A DNA stretch of 61,910 nt, counting the filler, from Pseudomonadota bacterium (GTDB lineage: Bacteria; Desulfobacterota; Desulfobacteria; Desulfobacterales; JBDRRP01), in assembly GCA_043825735.1 (NCBI GenBank). It is 4 parts of 4 records of this genome, joined end to end, with 100 filler letters (N's around TTAATTAATTAA, not from the genome) between each part and the next. Parts side by side here need not be neighbours in the genome. Positions count along the whole stretch, not along the records: positions 46,386 to 58,549 come from JBDRRP010000043.1; positions 58,650 to 61,910 come from JBDRRP010000049.1; 2 more parts are not named here. One strand, written 5' to 3'. Both the position numbers and the translations under genes were made by a program. Under the pieces are notes generated by a model. That model worked only from the letters and a program-made list of their open reading frames with translations, had not been told where the DNA came from and did not search any database. Numbering within the stretch: the stretch's first letter is position 1; the number at the start of each line of letters is the position of its first letter. Below, in pieces: positions 51,001-58,685 of this stretch.

Positions 51001-54000
51001 TACACCGTCTGCGCACGCTCACGCTATTTCTGATGTGACTGGTCTTCAAACTGCTTTGGATGGCAAGGCCGCAACGCACTCGCACCCGTATCTACCACTG
51101 GCCGGCGGTACGTTGACCGCCGACCTGACGATGGCGTCTACCAAGAAAATCATTCTGACGAACACGCTCAGTCCGTCGATCATGGGAGATCCATCAGGAG
51201 CATTGAACATAACAACGCCAAGTGGGTACGTTTTAATCGGCCCGCAAAGCACATCATACTGTCATTTCGGCACTGACAGGGCGGGCTATTACTTTGACAA
51301 AGCAATAACGGTCACAGGAAACATCATTACCACCGGCACGGTTGATGGTATCGACATCTCCGCTCACGCCGGCGGCACCGGTGCTGTTCATGGCAATGCC
51401 ACCGGGTCAGTGGCCGGATTCATGACGACTGCTGATTTTAGCAAGCTCGCGGGCATCGCTGCTGGCGCGAACAATTACACCCATCCGGCAACTCATGGCA
51501 ATATCACAAGCGCCGGGCTCGTCGGCACCACCGCCAATCTGCCCTTGATAACTGGAACGGGCGGCATTGTTCAGGCGGGAGCATTTGGTACTGCGATCAA
51601 CACTTTTTGCCAGGGCAATGATGCCAGGCTCTCCGACGCCAGAACACCAGTCTCGCATGCACTTACCGGCCACACTGTTTCCGGCTTGACGGCTGGTCAT
51701 GTTTTAAAAGCAACCGGGGCTACAACATTTGGTTTTGCCTCGATTTCCAAATCTGACATTGGTCTTGGATCGGTTGAAAATACCGCGCTCTCTACCTGGG
51801 CGGGGAGTTCAAATATCACCGCTATCGGGACTCTGGCATCAGGGACTGTCCCCTGGGCAAGGCTTTCCAGCGTGCCATCGTACCTGCTGCTTTCTGGCGG
51901 GACGATGACCGGAAACCCCGTATTGAATGACGGAGTCATGCTCGGGCTTGGAACTGATGTCGACGCGCAGCTCTACGCTTCTGCTGATTGGGCCTGGCTG
52001 CGACTAAACGCGGGCGCCAGCGGATTCGCTATCACGGATGGCACCAAATCCTATCTGGCCGTTTCCAAGGGGTACGGCGTGGAGCTGTTTTACGACGGCG
52101 TAAACAGGCTCTACACCAGAGATTTTGGGGCAAAGGTAAGCGGGCGCCTTGAAGCGGATAATATCGCCGTATCGACCGGCGGCGCCATCACCATTAATGG
52201 CGTTTCTGTTTCGATGGACGGCCACGCGCATACCGGATACGCGGCAACTGATCACACGCACACCGGATACGCGGCAACTGACCACTCCCATACACTGCTT
52301 GCCCAGGATACAACATCCGATCCCGACAACGCCTATGGTGAAGGCTTGCGGATGATCAAAGAGATCACCAACCCGGGCTCATCCGCGCTAATGTCGGCAT
52401 CGCTTACGGCGCTCGCCTACGATTCGCAATTTGGAACAGGGGGCGGCTATGCCGGATTTCAGTTTTATACGACCAACAATGCATTTGCCAATAGCGGCGA
52501 TCTCTATGTGCGTCTGGCTAACAGGGTTTTGTCATGGCGTACTGGTTATAAAGTTTTTCACGAAGGAAATCTCCTGGCAGCTACCTCGATAACTGCCGGA
52601 TTAATGAGCGCGGCGAATTTTACGAAACTCTCGGGTATCGCAACCGGTGCCAATCTGTATGTCCATCCAGCGGCCCATGCGATCAGTGAGGTGACCGGCC
52701 TGCAAACCGCTCTGGACGGAAAAGCCCCAACGCACTCGCACCTTTATAGGGCCGATTCCTGGCTACCAACATGGGATGATGTTACCGGCAAGCCGAGTAC
52801 GTTTACGCCGGCTGCTCATGTGCATTCGGCTTCAGATCTTACCAGCGGTGCTATCTCCGCGGGCGCACGGCTTGGTACAGGGAGCAGCGGATTTCTCAAA
52901 TATGCAGCGGGAACACCGACATGGGCGGCGGTTACGAAATCCGATGTCGGGCTGGGGAGTGTGGAAAATACTGCGCTCTCTACCTGGGCGGGAAGTGCGA
53001 ATATCACGACCGTCGGCACGCTATCAGCAGGCACTATTCCCTGGGCAAGACTTTCTAATGTGCCCAGCACGTTTGCTCCGTCTGCGCATGCCCATGCGAT
53101 AAGTGAGGTGACCGGTCTCCAAACCGCCCTGGACGGGAAGGCCGCAACGCATACGCACCCGTATTTGACGGAGGCGTACCTTTCCACCAAATCCCTGGGC
53201 GATGCCAATGCAGCGGATGCCGTCGGTATAACCACATATTATCTCACAAGCGCTGCAACGAACAGACCGACCGGAACCGATCATGCGCTGCTCACGTTGT
53301 CGTACAGCGCCGTCTGGTCCACACAAATGGCGGCCGACTGGCGCACGAACGAGTGGTACGTCCGCAATCAGAACAATGGCACCTGGGGGGCGTGGGCAAA
53401 TCTGTGGCACTCCGGCAATTTCACACCAAGCAGCAAAGCCGATGTGCATGCGCATCCGTACCGAGCTGATTCCTGGGTGCCCACCTGGGATAACGTAACG
53501 GGAAAGCCGACCACTTTTACGCCGGCTTCACACACCCTGACCGGCCACACTGCTTCTGGACTCACCGCCGGTCATGTGCTGCGGGCAACGGGCGCTGCCG
53601 CATTCTCATTTGGGGCGCTGCAAGCGAGCGATCTTCCGTCGCACGCCCATGCGATCGCGGATGTGATCGGTCTGCAAACTGCCCTTGATGGCAAGCTGGC
53701 CACTACGAGTAAAGCGGCTGACTCATCATTGTTAAATGGCGCAGCGGCCGCCACGGCCGCTACCGTAAGCACCATCGTCAAAAGGGATTCAAACGGTGAC
53801 GTGTGGTGCCGTTATTTGCAAAGCTCCTATCTGAATATGACCCATGCTGCAGCAGTTCGGGCCTCTGACACAGTTTTTTATTCATCCACCGATGCCTACA
53901 TTCGGAAAAACACGGCCGCTGGATTTCGCTCATCTCTCGATGTCTATTCAACTGGAGAGGCAGCCGCCAATTTTCTTCCCATGGCCGGCGTGGCCGCTGA

Positions 54001-55309
54001 TTCCGACAAACTGGATGGCCTACATGCCGCCAGCTTCATACGCTCAGATTCAGCAGCGACATTTAATGCCAATGTGACAATCGCCAACGCTTATACACTG
54101 AGCATCGGATCCAGTGGGGGCATGACCCTTGAGCCCGGGTATGCCCGGCTGGCCAGCAATCTCTATATTAGAGGCCCAAGCGATACCAATGTAGCTGATT
54201 TTCTGTCCGGAGGGTACGTGTACCTTTACGGGGCAGGGACAAAGCGCTTTGAGACTTCAATGGCGGGCGTTGTTGTCTCGGGCACTCTGGATGTCTCAGG
54301 CAGCATCACCCTCACTGGCACTGTCGATGGCGTCGATATCTCCGCTCACGCAGGCGGCACCGGTGCCGTTCATGGCAATGCCACCGCCTCGGTGGCCGGA
54401 TTTATGACTGCCGCAGATTTCACCAAACTTGGCGGAATTGCAACGGGCGCCAACCTTTATTCACATCCGGCTGCCCATGGAAATATCACAAGCGCCGGGC
54501 TCGTTGGCACGACTGCCAATCTACCGCTTATCACCGGCACCGGCGGCATCGTTCAGGCAAGCTCGTTTGGTACTGCGGCCAACACTTTTTGCCAGGGCAA
54601 CGACTCCAGGCTTTCCGACGCAAGAACGCCAACTACGCACGCTCATTCGGCGGCCGATTTCACAAGTGGGGTTATCGCAGCCGGCGCGCGTCTGGGTTCC
54701 GGATCAAGCGGTTTTTTAAAATACGCAGCAGGATCCCCGACATGGTCAACGATTGCAGCGGTCGATCTGCCAACCGCGATTGATGCCGCCAAGATCGCAA
54801 ACGGTGCTGTTTCAAACACGGAATTTCAGTATTTGGACGGCGTGACGTCCGCGATTCAGACGCAATTAAACGGCAAATCGTCGTCAACGCATACACACGC
54901 CCTGATTCAGATCCAGCAGCCATCATCGAACCTGACCGCCCAGGGAACTTACAGCTACGCCACGACAGGCGAGGCTTACTCTGCTGGCGATTTATTGTGC
55001 AGAGGAACAGATGGCAGACATTATAAAGCGCAGGCCAGTGTCGCTTCGAGAATGCCCTGTGTCGCCATCGCAATGGAAGCATCGACCGCTGCCGCTCAGG
55101 CGAAACAGATTTTGAACTGGGGGTACTTTCGCAATGACGGATGGACCGGCGCAACAATCGGAAATATTGCTTACGTGAGCACGACTGCCGGGGCAATGAC
55201 CCATACAAAACCGACGACAACTGGCCATTTGGTGCAAGTCCTTGGGCAATACGAAACGACGAACATCTGTCTTTTTAACCCGTGCCTGATGCTGATCGAG
55301 CTGACATAA
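48074..55309 (+). CDS. Giant phage tail fibre protein (2411 aa)
   Basis: N-terminal YSAGTVSIANGSAVVIGNGTAF, P2-gpH-like APGTLDTLNELAAALGDDPNFATT, HxH and GLQTALDGK repeats, KSDVGLGSVEN repeats, and a pyocin-knob-like domain. Confidence 0.9.
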   Translation: MSFYSAGTVSIANGSAVVIGNGTAFLSNVAIGQLFKVKGIPATFEVQLIADDTHLTLDAPWSGSNQVDVEYIVAKDFTPTFGLPLLAVGMKDWVYWYNLMLAMVDTALATGSVAEGVTNGNAHDHSGGDGGQISHAALSAIGSNSHAQIDAFIGSRAAANGLATLDANGNLQQLPGIVTATPTANAIALATASAKLDAWVSVASETVPGIVERASLVEALAKTDQTRHMTPYTSAALITQEISSQVIAGAPAALNTLDKLAASIGDNAAFAATMTTALSGKSATGHTHVPGDITNLTSTCLALAGGTMTGHQYFDDGVMIKLGTTQQADFYESSDWTWLRMNATGLGFAITDTTTNYLMITKGTGLQIRHSGTNMRLRTSAAGMDLFGIMAVQTFGDVTAGLTVDGTAVSLSGHTHDDRYFTETEVNQLIADLVASAPGTLDTLNELAAALGDDPNFATTVTNLIAGKSDTSHTHATLYAPLAHVGATGTAHGNATGSVAGFMTADDFTKLAGIEASANNYSHPAAHAISFITGLQTALDGKAPTHTHPYRADSWVPAWTDVTSKPSTFPPSEHSHTLLAQDTTSDPDNAYGEGLRMIKVITNPGSSATMSASLTSLAYDLQFGTGGGYAGFQFYTTNSAFANSGDLYVRLANRVLSWRTGYKVYHAGNLLAATGIAAGLMSAANFTKLSGIATGANLYVHPAAHVISEVTGLQDELDGKAATHTHPYRADSWVPTWSDVTDKPSVFTPDTHVHSAADLTSGVIAAGARIGSGTSGFLKYAAGTPTWAAVTKSDVGLGSVENTALSTWAGSGNITTIGTLSAGTVPWTRLSGVPSSFAPASHAHGNIANGGTVGSTANLPLITGTSGIIQAGSFGTAAATFCQGNDSRLSDARTPLSHTLLGHTVSGLTIGHFLKATGAGTFAFAAHGLTKSDVGLGSVENTALSTWAGSSYITAIGTLSSGSVPWARLSGIPSTFTPSAHAHAISDVTGLQTALDGKAATHSHPYLPLAGGTLTADLTMASTKKIILTNTLSPSIMGDPSGALNITTPSGYVLIGPQSTSYCHFGTDRAGYYFDKAITVTGNIITTGTVDGIDISAHAGGTGAVHGNATGSVAGFMTTADFSKLAGIAAGANNYTHPATHGNITSAGLVGTTANLPLITGTGGIVQAGAFGTAINTFCQGNDARLSDARTPVSHALTGHTVSGLTAGHVLKATGATTFGFASISKSDIGLGSVENTALSTWAGSSNITAIGTLASGTVPWARLSSVPSYLLLSGGTMTGNPVLNDGVMLGLGTDVDAQLYASADWAWLRLNAGASGFAITDGTKSYLAVSKGYGVELFYDGVNRLYTRDFGAKVSGRLEADNIAVSTGGAITINGVSVSMDGHAHTGYAATDHTHTGYAATDHSHTLLAQDTTSDPDNAYGEGLRMIKEITNPGSSALMSASLTALAYDSQFGTGGGYAGFQFYTTNNAFANSGDLYVRLANRVLSWRTGYKVFHEGNLLAATSITAGLMSAANFTKLSGIATGANLYVHPAAHAISEVTGLQTALDGKAPTHSHLYRADSWLPTWDDVTGKPSTFTPAAHVHSASDLTSGAISAGARLGTGSSGFLKYAAGTPTWAAVTKSDVGLGSVENTALSTWAGSANITTVGTLSAGTIPWARLSNVPSTFAPSAHAHAISEVTGLQTALDGKAATHTHPYLTEAYLSTKSLGDANAADAVGITTYYLTSAATNRPTGTDHALLTLSYSAVWSTQMAADWRTNEWYVRNQNNGTWGAWANLWHSGNFTPSSKADVHAHPYRADSWVPTWDNVTGKPTTFTPASHTLTGHTASGLTAGHVLRATGAAAFSFGALQASDLPSHAHAIADVIGLQTALDGKLATTSKAADSSLLNGAAAATAATVSTIVKRDSNGDVWCRYLQSSYLNMTHAAAVRASDTVFYSSTDAYIRKNTAAGFRSSLDVYSTGEAAANFLPMAGVAADSDKLDGLHAASFIRSDSAATFNANVTIANAYTLSIGSSGGMTLEPGYARLASNLYIRGPSDTNVADFLSGGYVYLYGAGTKRFETSMAGVVVSGTLDVSGSITLTGTVDGVDISAHAGGTGAVHGNATASVAGFMTAADFTKLGGIATGANLYSHPAAHGNITSAGLVGTTANLPLITGTGGIVQASSFGTAANTFCQGNDSRLSDARTPTTHAHSAADFTSGVIAAGARLGSGSSGFLKYAAGSPTWSTIAAVDLPTAIDAAKIANGAVSNTEFQYLDGVTSAIQTQLNGKSSSTHTHALIQIQQPSSNLTAQGTYSYATTGEAYSAGDLLCRGTDGRHYKAQASVASRMPCVAIAMEASTAAAQAKQILNWGYFRNDGWTGATIGNIAYVSTTAGAMTHTKPTTTGHLVQVLGQYETTNICLFNPCLMLIELT

Positions 55310-56763
55310 TGATAGAGCTGCCTCATAAAAGAGATCATTTTGCCAAGCATTTTTTGCTGCCGGATGGCCAGATCCGTGCGCAAATTCACACCACCCCTAT
55401 TCACTATAAAAATATAGCCGGCATTTTCGATGACATAAACTTGACGGCAGAGGATACCAGTAAGGCAAATTCCAAAGGCAACATTATTGACAGCGTTCTT
55501 TTTGAAAAAGCAATGCTGACTGTCGGCGCCCGTAAGGATGGAAGCCTTAATAAAATGATTGGTGTCAGGATTCATGACTCGCAATTGGAGTTCACACCTG
55601 TCAGTATCAAGCTCGATGGCGCAGAACAGTTAAAAGAAAATACATCAAAAGTAAAAAACAAAAACAATGAAATAGAAATATCAATAGGCCAGGTAAAATT
55701 TATTCAGCATATCAACCGCTCTGGAATGAACCTGTATTATGAGCTTTTAAAGCAGGTAAATAGTTTCAAATTAGTTTTTATGATTAACGCCACCAATATC
55801 ATCCCGTTAAATAGTTTCAACACTTATACTAAAGAATATGCCCAAAATTCCGACGGATCATTTCTGTTTATGGACTCCGCCGGCAAAGACGTGTCTATTC
55901 CATTTCCGATCATGAAAGATGCGCAGGGCAGCGTGTCCAGGGCTATTAAGCATAGATTGTATGAAGAAGACGGAGTTTTATATTACGAAAAAAGTAGCAC
56001 GCCTGCCAGTATTTTGAGTTTGCGCACGGCCGCCTATCCAGTCCTTCTTGATGTCAGTATTTATACAGCTGCCAATCGCTATATAAACAATGTCCCCTGG
56101 GATGCAACAACTGGGACGTGGGCCACGCTTGAATCCGTTTCTGCAATGTGTTCAGCTTTGGATTACAAAGGCAATCTAATAATTGGTTATAACAAAGGGG
56201 CCTGGTACACTGATACTTCAAGTATAGGATCAGCCGCAACTATAACCGCCGCATCACTTGAAATGGTCAATGGCTGTACGGTCATGATCACCTATGGCGG
56301 ATATGTCAAGATCATGCACAACGGAACAAGTCCTTCTTGTTCGTGGCCGTACTATACCCCAGCGTCTGACCCTACGGGAGTTTCTTATAATCGTTCTTAT
56401 TACATTTCTTACCCAGCCTCCGACAGCATATCAGTACCGGCGCATGCCCCACAATCCTATACAAACTTATCCCTTCCACTCAATTCTACCGGTCTTAATT
56501 ATATCAATAAAACAGGACTGTCCCGATTTATGATAATGGAGCGAGATTGGGATATAGCCGGGGTCACGCCTACCACCCCCACGGTCGCTGGATTTGCTTA
56601 TATACAAAATTCCTCCCCCGCTATGTATTGCTACATGAGCATCACTTATACTGCTGGGGGAATAGCAGGAATCTCTAAAATGACCGGCGTGACTTTTGCC
56701 AACATCAATAAACTAACCGGTGCGGCAAATACCGCGATGGCAAAAATAACAGGAATCGCATAA
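55309..56763 (+). CDS. Hypothetical phage protein (484 aa)
   Basis: TAATG coupling to the fibre gene. The N-terminus KRDHFAKHFLLPDG...PIHYKN..G.FDDI resembles N-termini of large wall-associated proteins. Confidence 0.7.
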   Translation: MIELPHKRDHFAKHFLLPDGQIRAQIHTTPIHYKNIAGIFDDINLTAEDTSKANSKGNIIDSVLFEKAMLTVGARKDGSLNKMIGVRIHDSQLEFTPVSIKLDGAEQLKENTSKVKNKNNEIEISIGQVKFIQHINRSGMNLYYELLKQVNSFKLVFMINATNIIPLNSFNTYTKEYAQNSDGSFLFMDSAGKDVSIPFPIMKDAQGSVSRAIKHRLYEEDGVLYYEKSSTPASILSLRTAAYPVLLDVSIYTAANRYINNVPWDATTGTWATLESVSAMCSALDYKGNLIIGYNKGAWYTDTSSIGSAATITAASLEMVNGCTVMITYGGYVKIMHNGTSPSCSWPYYTPASDPTGVSYNRSYYISYPASDSISVPAHAPQSYTNLSLPLNSTGLNYINKTGLSRFMIMERDWDIAGVTPTTPTVAGFAYIQNSSPAMYCYMSITYTAGGIAGISKMTGVTFANINKLTGAANTAMAKITGIA

Positions 56764-57506
56764 TGAAACTGATTGTCGACAAAATAGGGCTTCCAATAAA
56801 TCATCTTGCGATTATAAAATCGCCACCGGTTCCGACCGTGATCGTGCAAACAGGTTTCAAAAAAACCGTCATGGTTTACAACCAAAACCCGATATTGCCT
56901 GAAACAATGGATTGGCTCAAAATCAAAATACCAGAGCGCATCATAATGAATTATGTCACGGGCGCAGCCATCCCTTTTGCAACAGCAGCGCTGTATAACA
57001 CGCAAGACGTGTTCATGTCTGTTACATTTCCGGATGGCTATGATGTCGGTGAAAATCTTGGGGTATTTGCAATCAAATATTTTCAGTATGCGATGTACGC
57101 CAGCACAGGGATAAGGGTGTGGCTTGTCGAGAATCAGGCGCTAATCAATCATGGCGGAGAAAGATATTGCGTCGGTGGTTTTTTTGTATCCAAAACCTCA
57201 AGCACGTATTCGGTAAGATTGGTCGTAAATGGAGAGCTTTCTGAATTCATCGGATTCTACTCTGACCTTGGACAGTGCAAAAGCCTCGGATCCCCTTGCT
57301 CATTTTTTACGCCAAATGCGCTGTTTGTGACCTCACTGGCAGATTACCCATTCATTGGTATCGGACCAATTTCAAATTTCGACTTTGACAGGCTCACCGA
57401 TGCGCTGAGCGCAGAGCTTGGCTCGCTCCTGGCCGAGCCTGTTGATCCCGGCGAATTTACCGAGGACGAAATGGCCGAGATTCAAAGCACAAAGGAGCTA
57501 TCATGA
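56763..57506 (+). CDS. Hypothetical protein (247 aa)
   Basis: Translationally coupled on both sides (TAATG, ATGA). Confidence 0.7.
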   Translation: MKLIVDKIGLPINHLAIIKSPPVPTVIVQTGFKKTVMVYNQNPILPETMDWLKIKIPERIIMNYVTGAAIPFATAALYNTQDVFMSVTFPDGYDVGENLGVFAIKYFQYAMYASTGIRVWLVENQALINHGGERYCVGGFFVSKTSSTYSVRLVVNGELSEFIGFYSDLGQCKSLGSPCSFFTPNALFVTSLADYPFIGIGPISNFDFDRLTDALSAELGSLLAEPVDPGEFTEDEMAEIQSTKELS

Positions 57507-58537
57507 TTGTTCACTCATTGAATCAGGCAGGCAGGATAGTAAAAAAAGATTTGTCGCTGAGAAAAGATGGAGTGTTTCTTGGGGGCATTCTGATCGAGCC
57601 GGACGTAGATGTGTGGCGCTCAATCTACAGGCCGGAGCTTGCGCCGATTGGCGCAAAATGGGGGGCGATGTGCGTGACGACCAAATGCAATATGGTCTGC
57701 CCGGATTGTTACATGGCTCATAGAAGACTCCCCGATTGGCCGCAGTACACACTCGATGATGCCAAAGCGATAGCATCGCAGATAGTGCCCGCGCCGGAAG
57801 CGCTTCGCGAATTATCGTGGGACAAATACCGACTTTCGCCAGCCAATCAAACCCTCAGAATTGACGGCGGTGAGCCAACCGTCTGGCCGTACCTTGCGGC
57901 GTTTCTCTCCTGGTTCATCGCCACTTACCCCAACCGGGCCGTTGTCTTGACCAATGGCCTGCGACTCGCTGAGAATGGATTTTTGAAAAGCTTTCCACGG
58001 ACGAATCAAATCTTTTTTGCCGTCAGTCCAAAGCTGAGCGCGCTTCGCATGGCCGGCGCCGGGTTCAGGGCCCTTGACGCTGCCGGGCGGCAATATGCCT
58101 GCATCGCCACGACAAGAACGCTTGATGAAATGGAGCAGATACTTAACGTGGCCGACCGGTTCAGTCCAAAGGAGATCCGCGTAAGGAGCATAGTCAACCA
58201 CCAGACAGGCAAGCGCTATCTATTCCAATCAGAGCTGATCGGGTTTTTATGTCGACGCTACGGCATCCATCGGGATGATTACCTTGCCGAGATGGACGCC
58301 ACGCTCCCGTGCGCAACCAGGCTTTACGGCCGGCTGCCGTTTGTCTTGCACACCGGCCTTAATCCAACCTGGAACACGGCAATTCTTGAAGAAGTCGCCA
58401 AATGCACCACTTTCCACATAGGGTTGCGATCAATGCAAACCCAGGCAGAAGCGTTTTTGGGAAACGCCAGGTTTGCCGTCTGGAGGCGAAGATATCTGCA
58501 CGAAGGAGTGACAAAAGGGATCTCATTAGCAGCGTAA
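57503..58537 (+). CDS. Radical SAM protein
   Basis: CNMVCPDC (CxxxCxxC), GGEPT and LTNG; AAGGAG RBS. Confidence 0.88.
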   Translation: MIVHSLNQAGRIVKKDLSLRKDGVFLGGILIEPDVDVWRSIYRPELAPIGAKWGAMCVTTKCNMVCPDCYMAHRRLPDWPQYTLDDAKAIASQIVPAPEALRELSWDKYRLSPANQTLRIDGGEPTVWPYLAAFLSWFIATYPNRAVVLTNGLRLAENGFLKSFPRTNQIFFAVSPKLSALRMAGAGFRALDAAGRQYACIATTRTLDEMEQILNVADRFSPKEIRVRSIVNHQTGKRYLFQSELIGFLCRRYGIHRDDYLAEMDATLPCATRLYGRLPFVLHTGLNPTWNTAILEEVAKCTTFHIGLRSMQTQAEAFLGNARFAVWRRRYLHEGVTKGISLAA

Positions 58538-58549
58538 GGAGGGAGTATG

Positions 58550-58649
58550 NNNNNNNNNNNNNNNNNNNNNNNNNNNNNNNNNNNNNNNNNNNNTTAATTA
58601 ATTAANNNNNNNNNNNNNNNNNNNNNNNNNNNNNNNNNNNNNNNNNNNN
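58550..58649. other. Artificial contig linker
   Basis: N-run with TTAATTAATTAA. Confidence 0.98.
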
Positions 58650-58685
58650 CGGCGGTTTTCTTTTACACATAGGCTGCGCAGCAGC

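Larger units (their letters stand above)
46386..58549 (+). mobile_element. Prophage / phage-like tail module (whole contig)
   Basis: Tightly packed, co-oriented tail-tip and tail-fibre genes with lower GC than the host genes. Confidence 0.75.

Noticed and set aside
49793..53080. Duplicated tail-fibre block plus a nearby reverse-transcriptase remnant as a diversity-generating retroelement
   Set aside because: Both copies are in-frame coding, and their differences are mostly synonymous and not adenine-specific. The RT remnant belongs to a group II intron on a different contig.
26169..58649. TTAATTAATTAA motifs in N-runs, and the apparent linkage of efflux genes, intron, phage tail and nrdJ
   Set aside because: These are three identical 100-nt artificial linkers, so neighbourhoods across them are not biological evidence.
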